This document shows positions 16,097-23,773 of a DNA stretch of 24,800 nucleotides, one piece after another. Position numbers and translations under genes: made by a program. Each line of letters starts with the position of its first letter. Positions within the stretch are counted from its first letter, which is position 1. The notes beneath the pieces are model-generated. The model was not told the origin of the DNA. It made no database searches and saw nothing but the letters and a program-made list of their open reading frames with translations. This DNA is from Bacteroidales bacterium (lineage in GTDB: Bacteria > Bacteroidota > Bacteroidia > Bacteroidales > GCA-2748055): positions 1-24,800 of the forward strand of contig DASQZK010000783.1 of the NCBI GenBank assembly GCA_035638735.1. Direction: 5' to 3'.

Positions 16097-17335
16097 ATGA
16101 ACAAACAGCATCTTTTTTTAAGTATGGTATTTACACTGGCAGTACTGCTTATAGTGCCGTCAGGTTGTAAAAAAGACGAAAATCCTGCGCCTCCTAAGAT
16201 TTCCACACTCATGGCAGATGATATGGATCTCAACGGGGCAACACCACCCACTAACGTGTCTACAACGCCTGTCATCAAGGCCACCTTTAATGTTGCCATT
16301 GATCCGGCAACAGCCAACTCCGGCTCCATTACGATGACACAGGATTATGACAATGCAGATATTCCTCTTGTTGTGACAGTAAGTGGAAAGGAAATAACCA
16401 TTACGCCTCAGCAGGAACTTGGTATGGGCGCTTTGTATAAGCTGAATTTTTCTGCCGATGTCATGTCAACCGACGGCCTGGCAGTGGAAGCTTTCAGCCG
16501 CTCGTTTACTACCATGGGGACTTTTGCTCCATCGGGTGCCATCGCTTACTGGAACTTTGAGAATAATGCCGATGACCAGGTTGGTAATTTCAATCCCATG
16601 GCTAATGGTGTTATCGATATTACCTATGCAGCTTCTCATAACGATGCCTCGGGTATGGCTGCCCAGTTCAATGGCAATACAAGTCTCATCGAGATTCCAA
16701 ATGGAGATCAGCTGATGAATAATGGTGATTTCGCCCTTTCTTTCTGGGTGATGGCCGATTCCACCCAGCACGGACAATTTACCATGGGCCTGGCCGGATG
16801 GAACGGATTCCAGTTTGAAATTGCCGGCGACTACGGATCCTGTAAGCTCGCTGCCCAATATGCTTATGCCGATGGGACTTCCGGTTCGGAAGACCTATGG
16901 TTCCCGGGTACAGGACTTACGCCTGATTCATGGCAGGGATGGACCTTCCAGAAGGACCTGACCAACTCCGGCGGCGTTAAGGCTTTACTGGCAGACAAAT
17001 GGGCTAACATTGTATGCGTATACAATAGTGCCACTAAAGTGGGTACCATGTATATCAATGGTGAGAAAATGAAAGCACAGGACTTCAACCTGTGGCCGGA
17101 AGGTGATATAAAAACCACGGTTACCGGTCTTAAATATGCCGGTAATCCCGGTAATAATATCCTGGCATTCGGATTTATCCAGGCCCCGGTCGATCCATCC
17201 ATTACCGATGCATGGGCAGACTATAATAACCCGGATAATAACCATTTCAAAGGGATGCTCGATGACGTAAGTGTTTATCATAAGGTGCTTACTGAAAAAG
17301 AGATCCAATTGATGTACAATTCGGGAAAACCCTGA
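16097..17335 (+). CDS. Surface lipoprotein with an Ig-like (Big_5-type) domain and a LamG/concanavalin-A-like domain; putative surface glycan-binding protein
   Basis: Lipobox PSG-C followed by KKDE. Big_5-like segment (VIKATFNVAIDPAT...ITITPQQELGMGALYKL...SFTT). LamG-like motifs AYWNFENN, FALSFWV, YING and FKGMLDDVSVYHKVLTEKEI. Directly after susD. Confidence 0.82.
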   Translation: MNKQHLFLSMVFTLAVLLIVPSGCKKDENPAPPKISTLMADDMDLNGATPPTNVSTTPVIKATFNVAIDPATANSGSITMTQDYDNADIPLVVTVSGKEITITPQQELGMGALYKLNFSADVMSTDGLAVEAFSRSFTTMGTFAPSGAIAYWNFENNADDQVGNFNPMANGVIDITYAASHNDASGMAAQFNGNTSLIEIPNGDQLMNNGDFALSFWVMADSTQHGQFTMGLAGWNGFQFEIAGDYGSCKLAAQYAYADGTSGSEDLWFPGTGLTPDSWQGWTFQKDLTNSGGVKALLADKWANIVCVYNSATKVGTMYINGEKMKAQDFNLWPEGDIKTTVTGLKYAGNPGNNILAFGFIQAPVDPSITDAWADYNNPDNNHFKGMLDDVSVYHKVLTEKEIQLMYNSGKP

Positions 17336-17357
17336 TAACTTTCATGATGTTGAAACC

Positions 17358-17387
17358 GGGAGGCGACCCTTACGGGTCCCTCCCTTT
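17358..17387 (+). terminator. Strong intra-operon stem-loop (partial terminator or RNA-stabilising hairpin)
   Basis: GGGAGG-C-GACCC [TTAC] GGGTC-CCTCCC: 11 bp, mostly G-C, with one bulged C, followed by only TTTAATT. It lies between the binding-protein gene and the last GH144. Confidence 0.6.
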
Positions 17388-17402
17388 AATTAAAGTAACG
17401 GG

Positions 17403-19391
17403 ATGGAACGGATCGTTATGAGATATGTTACCACGATAGTCATATCATCTTTAATGCTGGCTCTGACTGTTTCGTGTTCAAAGAAGGAAAAAACAACCCC
17501 GGCAGATAGCGGTTTTATTCAGTTGCAAAGTACACATGCCGGCGATGTTATACTGAAATTTAACGACATCACCCGGAATGTCCCGGTAGACAGGAATTTC
17601 ATCGTCACCTTCAGTACTTCGGTCGATACCAATGGTATCGCCAACCACATAATGATTACGAAAGATGGCATTACGGTTAAAGCACATATCGCCTTTCTCG
17701 ACAATAATACATCTGTAGTCCTTGACCCTTTGTCAGCACTTGAATATGGCACTTCTTACAGTCTTGCCGTGACACCTGAATTAACAGGTTCCAAAGGAGA
17801 GCGCTTTCCGGGATTTACTTATGATTTTATTACCAGGCAAGGCTCGCTGGATCTTGTTTCAATCCAGGTCAATGGTGTGAATCTTATGGCCACAGCGCGT
17901 AACGTGGGCATTGATCCTGCCCCGGTGAATATTGCCTTTGTCTTCTCTCAACCACTCAACCCCGATACCTATGCACCTTTTTTTACCATCACTGGTACCA
18001 GCGATTTTTCCACCCGGCTTTCCGCTGATTCCACCGAAGTTACCCTTACCACCAACGCTTCACTACAAGGATTGAGAAAATATTATGTCACTGTATCTTC
18101 GAACCTGACCTCTTCAAATGGTTTTGTTTTTACCGGTTACACCAACGCTTTTTTCACAGCCATCGATTCGGTGTATAACTTTCCTGTTGTCAGCGATGAG
18201 GCGTTACTGACAAAAATACAGCAGCAGACCTTCGGCTATTTCTGGGATTATGCACACCCCGCATGCGGCCTTGCCAGGGAACGGATGGGCAGTGGTGATG
18301 TCGTTACCATTGGAGGATCAGGCTTTGGGGTAATGGCCCTCATCGTAGGTGTTAAACGCGGTTTCATCACCCGCGCACAGGCATTGCAGCGCATGGACAA
18401 AATACTGACCTTCCTTGAGACCTGCGATCGCTTTCATGGTGCATGGCCACACTGGCTGAACGGCTCAACCGGCCAGACTATCCCTTTCAGTCCTAACGAT
18501 GACGGGGGCGACCTGGTAGAGACTTCATTTATGATTCAAGGACTCCTTACTTTCAGACAGTACCTCGAACCTTCGGTACTGGTAGAAAAAGCGCTGATTG
18601 ACCGTATTAACGCCCTGTGGCAAACCGTCGAATATGATTTTTATTCGCGTGGCGAACATGCCCTCTACTGGCACTGGTCGCCCACCACCGGATGGGAAAT
18701 CAACCTCAAGCTCCAGGGATATAATGAAACCATGATATGCTATGTCCTCGGAATAGGCTCGCCCCAACATTCTATTCCTGCTTCATCCTATTATGAAGGA
18801 TATATGAACAGCGGGTCAATACTGAACGGGAGTGATTATTATGGTTACGTTCTCCCTATGGGGCCTGCTTATGGCGGGCCGTTATTCTTCACGCAATATT
18901 CCTTCCTGGGGCTTGACCCACGTAACCTCCGTGGACCATACGTGAACTACTGGGAACAAAATGTTAACCACAGCCTTATTAACTGGGCCTATTGCGCCGC
19001 CAATCCGCAACATTATGCCGGCTATACAAAAGATTGCTGGGGACTGACGGCAAGTGACGGTTACCAAGGGTACTCGGCCCATTCACCCACAAACGACCGG
19101 GGTGTTCTGACACCTACCGCCGCTATTTCTTCGCTGCCCTATACGCCTGAACAGTCAATGAATGCCATTCATACATTCTACTATTTCCTTGGTGATAAAC
19201 TCTGGGGTACTTACGGATTTTACGATGCATTCAGCCCGACTAACAACTGGTACGCCAATTCCTACCTGGCTATCGACCAGGGACCAATAATTAGTATGAT
19301 CGAAAATGAGCGGTCAGGACTTTTATGGAACCTCTTCATGTCGTGTCCGGAGATACAGAAGGCTTTAGACGACATGAACTTTACATATTGA
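17403..19391 (+). CDS. GH144 endo-beta-1,2-glucanase-like lipoprotein, paralog B, with two N-terminal Ig-like (Big_5-type) domains
   Basis: Lipobox TVS-C (start 17403 or 17418), two Big_5-like repeats, then a catalytic domain from about 18190 with QQQTFGYFWDYAHPACGLARER, GGSGFG, RFHGAWPHW, DGGDLVET, GYNE, GGPLFFTQYSFLGLDP, WGLTASD and AIDQGP, the pattern of Chitinophaga/Bacteroides GH144 enzymes. Confidence 0.88.
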   Translation: MERIVMRYVTTIVISSLMLALTVSCSKKEKTTPADSGFIQLQSTHAGDVILKFNDITRNVPVDRNFIVTFSTSVDTNGIANHIMITKDGITVKAHIAFLDNNTSVVLDPLSALEYGTSYSLAVTPELTGSKGERFPGFTYDFITRQGSLDLVSIQVNGVNLMATARNVGIDPAPVNIAFVFSQPLNPDTYAPFFTITGTSDFSTRLSADSTEVTLTTNASLQGLRKYYVTVSSNLTSSNGFVFTGYTNAFFTAIDSVYNFPVVSDEALLTKIQQQTFGYFWDYAHPACGLARERMGSGDVVTIGGSGFGVMALIVGVKRGFITRAQALQRMDKILTFLETCDRFHGAWPHWLNGSTGQTIPFSPNDDGGDLVETSFMIQGLLTFRQYLEPSVLVEKALIDRINALWQTVEYDFYSRGEHALYWHWSPTTGWEINLKLQGYNETMICYVLGIGSPQHSIPASSYYEGYMNSGSILNGSDYYGYVLPMGPAYGGPLFFTQYSFLGLDPRNLRGPYVNYWEQNVNHSLINWAYCAANPQHYAGYTKDCWGLTASDGYQGYSAHSPTNDRGVLTPTAAISSLPYTPEQSMNAIHTFYYFLGDKLWGTYGFYDAFSPTNNWYANSYLAIDQGPIISMIENERSGLLWNLFMSCPEIQKALDDMNFTY

Positions 19392-19526
19392 GAAACTTAA
19401 AGTTCGAAGTGCTGCCGGCTGTGGCAGCCAATCAATTTGAATGAGAAAAAATCCAGGTTGATTATGTCGAAAGTCTCTGGTTAAAAAATGGATCAGTGCG
19501 GTTGAGTAGAGCGTTCAATTTGGGTT

Positions 19527-19564
19527 AACACGCAGTTCTGTTTCCCTGAACGGAACTGCGTGTT
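19527..19564. terminator. Probable bidirectional intrinsic terminator between the convergent GH144-B and SpoIIE genes
   Basis: Perfect 12-bp inverted repeat AACACGCAGTTC...GAACTGCGTGTT, extendable by wobble pairs around a CCCT loop, 7 nt from the minus-strand stop at 19572. The U-tracts are short. Confidence 0.7.
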
Positions 19565-19571
19565 TCTCAAG

Positions 19572-21665
19572 TTAAATTCTTATACCAACCATCAGTACAT
19601 CATCGACCTGGAAATAGTCGCCCTTCCATGTGGAGAATGCTTCTTCAAGTTTTTCATGTTGGTCGTTCATGGGTAAGTGCGAGATGTCGGAAATGACATC
19701 TTTTAATCGCTTCGACAGGAACTTCTTGCCCATGTCGCCACCGAACTGATCAATAAGCCCATCGGTGAACAGATAGATACAGTCGCCTTTAAGGATGCTA
19801 ATCTCCTCCATGATGAAGGGATCCATTTTCTGATAATAGGCTACTGGCATCTTGTCGGCCTTTATTATGCTGAGTTCTCCTTCACGCATATAATACATGG
19901 CATTATTCGCCCCGGCAAACAGAATCCGCGAATTTACAGGGTCGTAGGTAAGAACCGACATATCCATGCCGTCCATGGTCTCGAATTCATTGTCACCACG
20001 GTTCAGTGAACTTGATATCTTGTCTCTGAGAAGATTCAGAATATCGTGTGGCTGGTAAATCTTTTCCTTGTTGATGATCTCATTAAGGAAAGCAATGCCA
20101 TACATACTCATAAAAGCGCCAGGAACCCCATGCCCTGTGCAATCGGCAACAATGATGATGATTTTGTCGTCGACTTCCCCAAACCAGTAAAAGTCACCAC
20201 TTACAATGTCGCGCGGTTTATACATGATGAAATAATCACGGGTAATCTCTTCAAGAATTTTGCGCGATGGAAATGACGCATTCTGGATACGCCTGGCATA
20301 TTCAATACTGTCTTTGATCTCTTTATTCCGGATCTCCAGGAGCTCTTTCTGCTGCTCCACAATGGCGTTTTTCTCACGCAAAGCCTCATTGGCATGCTTT
20401 AATTCACCCGTACGCTCATTTACCTTTTGCTCCAGTTCGGCTGTCAGATTATCTTTCAGGTTGAGGTTTACCTCAAGCTGCTTGATATATCTCTGCTGAA
20501 ATCTTAATTTCTGGCGATCGAGGATCTTGATCTCCTCGGCAAGGCCAAAGGTGAAAATGAAGCCCTGGATCACCGAACCAACAACAACAGGGTATTTGTT
20601 GTCGAGAAAAATGTTGATGGCCAGGGAAATAACAACCAGGAGATTAGCAATCAAAAAGAACTTGGCCTTCTGCTCTTTTTGAAGAAGAATGGCCGACTCA
20701 ATCAACCCGAGAAGTGCTGCTGCTACAAAAAAGAAAAGTGACGAAAAGGCCAGGAAATTATTATACAAGTCCTTAACGTAAACAGTGAGGTAATAATAAG
20801 GTATTGATATGATCAGGAAAAACATGATCACATTGGTAACCGTATTCCAGCCCGGAAGATGCTTTTCCAGCTGCAGGTATTTTTTGCTCACCCGTAGAAA
20901 CAGAATTAATGTCAGAAAATAAGATGGAAGACTGATCGGAATATTTATCCGGGTATGCATAATAAACTCATCGTAAAAGCCAAGAAAGGAGAATGAAAAA
21001 AGGACCAGAGAGAGAAGATAAAAGAAAAGACTGATGAATGAAGAACGCTTGAGAATGAGGCCCAGTATCAGGTTTAGAATGGCACTGAAAAGGAGAAGGC
21101 CGATTAAAAGAGCATCGATAAATCTGTTTGGTAATTCCTGTTGCAGAAAATGATTGTAGTTGAACAGACGGAACTGTAAATTCCTGGCCCCCGGAAACAC
21201 ATTGTCGTCATTCTTGAGCAATTCCATGAATAACTCGCGGCTTTTTCCCGGTTGAACCTGGATACGGCCAAAGAGTTTTAATCCCCGTATGTTCAGCTTG
21301 TCACTTCGTATTATCGTTCCTGAATTATCGTAGACGTATACGTTTAACAGATCCGGAATACTTCTCGAAAGGCTGATATCTATTGGATTATACGATACAT
21401 TCCTGATAATCAGTCTGAAATACCGGGCGTATTCAACCTCCTCCGCCGATTTCTCCACCGATCCGGTATCGATGCGAAAATTCATGTATCTCAGATCCCC
21501 GAGTTGAAAAGTATCCGGATAGTCGACCAGAACACCTACCTGTACAGGATGAATCTTGATCTCGGAAAAGTCACTGTCAATAGTAATAGTATCCTGCGCA
21601 GTAAGGCTTACTGTTACCAATGTAAGGAAAAAGAAGACCAGGTGTAATCGTTGGAAAGACAGCAT
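19572..21665 (-). CDS. 7TM-DISM-type membrane sensor fused to a SpoIIE/RsbU-like PP2C phosphatase
   Basis: Signal peptide, ~170-aa extracytoplasmic domain, seven hydrophobic helices, coiled coil, then PP2C motifs VSGDFYW, ADCTGHGVPGAFMS, DGMD, FTDG and DDVLMVGI. The track start at 21722 is a TTG overlapping a -7 box; ATG 21665 (MLSFQRL) is preferred. Confidence 0.88.
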   Translation of the reverse strand: MLSFQRLHLVFFFLTLVTVSLTAQDTITIDSDFSEIKIHPVQVGVLVDYPDTFQLGDLRYMNFRIDTGSVEKSAEEVEYARYFRLIIRNVSYNPIDISLSRSIPDLLNVYVYDNSGTIIRSDKLNIRGLKLFGRIQVQPGKSRELFMELLKNDDNVFPGARNLQFRLFNYNHFLQQELPNRFIDALLIGLLLFSAILNLILGLILKRSSFISLFFYLLSLVLFSFSFLGFYDEFIMHTRINIPISLPSYFLTLILFLRVSKKYLQLEKHLPGWNTVTNVIMFFLIISIPYYYLTVYVKDLYNNFLAFSSLFFFVAAALLGLIESAILLQKEQKAKFFLIANLLVVISLAINIFLDNKYPVVVGSVIQGFIFTFGLAEEIKILDRQKLRFQQRYIKQLEVNLNLKDNLTAELEQKVNERTGELKHANEALREKNAIVEQQKELLEIRNKEIKDSIEYARRIQNASFPSRKILEEITRDYFIMYKPRDIVSGDFYWFGEVDDKIIIIVADCTGHGVPGAFMSMYGIAFLNEIINKEKIYQPHDILNLLRDKISSSLNRGDNEFETMDGMDMSVLTYDPVNSRILFAGANNAMYYMREGELSIIKADKMPVAYYQKMDPFIMEEISILKGDCIYLFTDGLIDQFGGDMGKKFLSKRLKDVISDISHLPMNDQHEKLEEAFSTWKGDYFQVDDVLMVGIRI

Positions 21666-21719
21666 CAGGATTCGGTTACTTTTAAGAATAATTAATGACA
21701 AAGTTTGACAATCCTTGCT

Positions 21720-21727
21720 CAAATATA
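21720..21727 (-). promoter_or_regulatory. Putative -7 promoter box (TATATTTG) for the 7TM-SpoIIE gene
   Basis: The plus strand reads CAAATATA, which is TAnnTTTG on the minus strand, about 55 nt upstream of ATG 21665. Confidence 0.55.
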
Positions 21728-22125
21728 AGGAGTTTCATGAATATTTGTAGCGGAACCTAAGGTAAATAGCATCTTAAATTTATGCACCTTTCATATAAGT
21801 GAATGGTAATATCGGCTTAGGTGTATAATAAATAGACATAAACGTGTAAAATTTACTCATATTTTATCATTCAAATCAATGGAATGCCAAAAATGGTTTA
21901 AGAACCCCGTTGTATCAGGTCAGGATTTTCCTTCACTAATTTTCGTGTATTCGGGCAGAACAGGCTTACGGGTGTAATTCTTTTGGTTGATGCGAAAGCT
22001 TGTCTACACAAAACAAGCATTGAAGTAACCACTGACCGTGTTAATCTAAATTTCGCCCGAATCCTTTATCAGCGTGCTTGAGGTTGCTATATTGCAATAG
22101 TAATAAAGTAAACAAAGAGGGAGTT

Positions 22126-22692
22126 ATGAGAAATAAACTGATGCTTCCGGTCATTGCACTTCTACTACTTTTGCCAGGCTGTAGTTTATTTGACAGCTTG
22201 ATACCCGATGTGGATACTGATTACTCAAAAACGTTTACCGTACATATTACCAACAGTTCCGGTTATACCGTTTCGACCCTGGTAGATGTTACCAGTTCGT
22301 CTGATTACAATGATTTTAAAGATCACATTGATGGTTTTACGATAAATAAAATCACCTGGCAAATTTCAGATTACCAGGCACCCGATGATATGTATTTCAA
22401 CGGTACAGTGAATGCCTGGGACGTTGACAGTACAAAAAGTTTTCATGTTGCAGATATCCGGAAAGTGAAACTGGCCAATGTGGTTTCCGCTGGTGAGCAG
22501 GATAATGTGGACGAAATTAGTGCCGGTACCGATCTGATTGCAGGATGGCTTAATTCGCCCGGCCGCTTTTATTTTGATGCCGGTTATGAACTCACCGATT
22601 CGTCGGGTAAGCCATACATGGTGGAAGGTAAGAATTACAGTTTTAAGATGACACTAACATATTATGTTACTGTGAAAACCGGATCAAAATAG
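22126..22692 (+). CDS. Lipoprotein of unknown function (188 aa, beta-rich)
   Basis: MRNKLMLPVIALLLLLPG-C lipoprotein signal from ATG 22126, preceded by AGAGGGAG; the track start at 22078 is a TTG. Followed by a clear terminator. No family recognised. Confidence 0.8.
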   Translation: MRNKLMLPVIALLLLLPGCSLFDSLIPDVDTDYSKTFTVHITNSSGYTVSTLVDVTSSSDYNDFKDHIDGFTINKITWQISDYQAPDDMYFNGTVNAWDVDSTKSFHVADIRKVKLANVVSAGEQDNVDEISAGTDLIAGWLNSPGRFYFDAGYELTDSSGKPYMVEGKNYSFKMTLTYYVTVKTGSK

Positions 22693-22721
22693 TTTCTTTG
22701 TGCTAAATAACCATTTGGTTG

Positions 22722-22753
22722 ACCTGTCCCTGGCTGTGGGCAGGTTTTTTTTT
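22722..22753 (+). terminator. Intrinsic terminator after the lipoprotein gene
   Basis: ACCTGTCC [CTGGCTGT] GGGCAGGT: 8-bp stem with one G-U pair, running into a 9-T tract (22745-22753), about 30 nt after the stop codon. Confidence 0.8.
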
Positions 22754-22804
22754 GAATACAGTAAGATGACGTTCCAGGTAAAATATGGATCAAGCTGCCT
22801 GTGC

Positions 22805-23599
22805 TCAGGAAGGATTATATTCGAGAACGTAATAGCAGGTTGTGATCATGAAATTCCGGAAGAAAGGCAGGGAAGAGATGAGTCTGCTCTGCTTTCTTGG
22901 TTTCAGCCTGAACTTGATTTCATAGTTTGGGTTGATGAACCAGAACACTTCCTTTTTTACCTGGTAGTTTTCCAGTCGTATCAATTTCCTGAATTTTTCT
23001 ATGGTTATTCGGGTATCCCTTATTTCCAGAAGGTTAATGATGTTTCCCGGTGCTTCGCCGAAAAGTTTCATTGTGGCAGGGTACAGTTTGCCGGGCAGAA
23101 GGTGGAGGAAGGGCGTTTTGCTGAGTAAACGGCTTTGGCACATCTGCTGATGTCCGCCAAACGGGTTTTGCCAGGGCGGGAACCCCAGGAAAAATTTTCC
23201 CCGGGGTTTCAGGAAGCGTTTGACATAATGCAAAAACTTCTCGTGATTGTGAATGTGCTCCAGCACGTCACGCATAATAATGACATCAAACCTATGGTCG
23301 AAACGGTCGCCTACATCATAGATGTCTTCGCACACAAGGGTAAGATTATTTTTGTGGGAATAATTCCGGTATATCTTCTTCGCATTTTCAATTTTGCTTT
23401 CAAGAAGATCCACTCCAGTTGCTTTTAATCCTATTTCGAGAAAAGGTCTCAGGTTTCCACCTTCACCACAACCAATTTCAAGGACTTCCATACCGGGGTC
23501 GAGTTTCATGACCTCCTCAATAAATGGGATTACATAATGTTTGGAAGTATACGCCTGTTCTTCGAAATACTTATCACGGTGAAAGTGCCGTTCCTGCAT
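22805..23599 (-). CDS. Class I SAM-dependent methyltransferase, substrate unknown
   Basis: Motif I VLEIGCGEG, then ATGVDL and FDVIIMRDVLEHI. Confidence 0.9.
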   Translation of the reverse strand: MQERHFHRDKYFEEQAYTSKHYVIPFIEEVMKLDPGMEVLEIGCGEGGNLRPFLEIGLKATGVDLLESKIENAKKIYRNYSHKNNLTLVCEDIYDVGDRFDHRFDVIIMRDVLEHIHNHEKFLHYVKRFLKPRGKFFLGFPPWQNPFGGHQQMCQSRLLSKTPFLHLLPGKLYPATMKLFGEAPGNIINLLEIRDTRITIEKFRKLIRLENYQVKKEVFWFINPNYEIKFRLKPRKQSRLISSLPFFRNFMITTCYYVLEYNPS

Positions 23600-23619
23600 A
23601 GTGAGATTATTTAAAGACT

Positions 23620-23627
23620 CAAAGGTA
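23620..23627 (-). promoter_or_regulatory. Putative -7 promoter box (TACCTTTG) for the methyltransferase
   Basis: The plus strand reads CAAAGGTA, which is TAnnTTTG on the minus strand, 20 nt upstream of ATG 23599. Confidence 0.55.
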
Positions 23628-23773
23628 TGAATTTCATATAAAAAAACAGGTCATTTTCTTTCCGGTCGCAATCAAAAAGTCATATTTTAGGTAAAAATTT
23701 GGACGCGGAGATATTTGGTGAGGCATCGACTTACCTATCCTGACTTTGATGTCCGGCAATAAATCGCACAACG

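Larger units (their letters stand above)
6975..19391 (+). other. Polysaccharide utilisation locus, probably for beta-1,2-glucan
   Basis: Six co-oriented genes: regulator, GH144-like, SusC, SusD, Ig+LamG lipoprotein, Ig-Ig-GH144. Characterised GH144 enzymes act on beta-1,2-glucan or sophoro-oligosaccharides. Confidence 0.8.

Noticed and set aside
10074-19391. Starch/glucoamylase interpretation of the two 'glucoamylase family' proteins
   Set aside because: That label is a legacy domain name. The motifs match GH144 beta-1,2-glucanases, and no GH13, GH15, GH97 or SusE/F-like genes are present.
19411-19428. GCTGCC-N6-GGCAGC hairpin just after GH144-B
   Set aside because: It has a 6-bp stem and no U tract; the stronger 19527-19564 inverted repeat explains termination better.
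21949-22062. 6S RNA identity for the long hairpin
   Set aside because: I cannot recognise 6S consensus features by eye and the flanking genes are not a context I associate with ssrS; kept only as an unassigned structured element.
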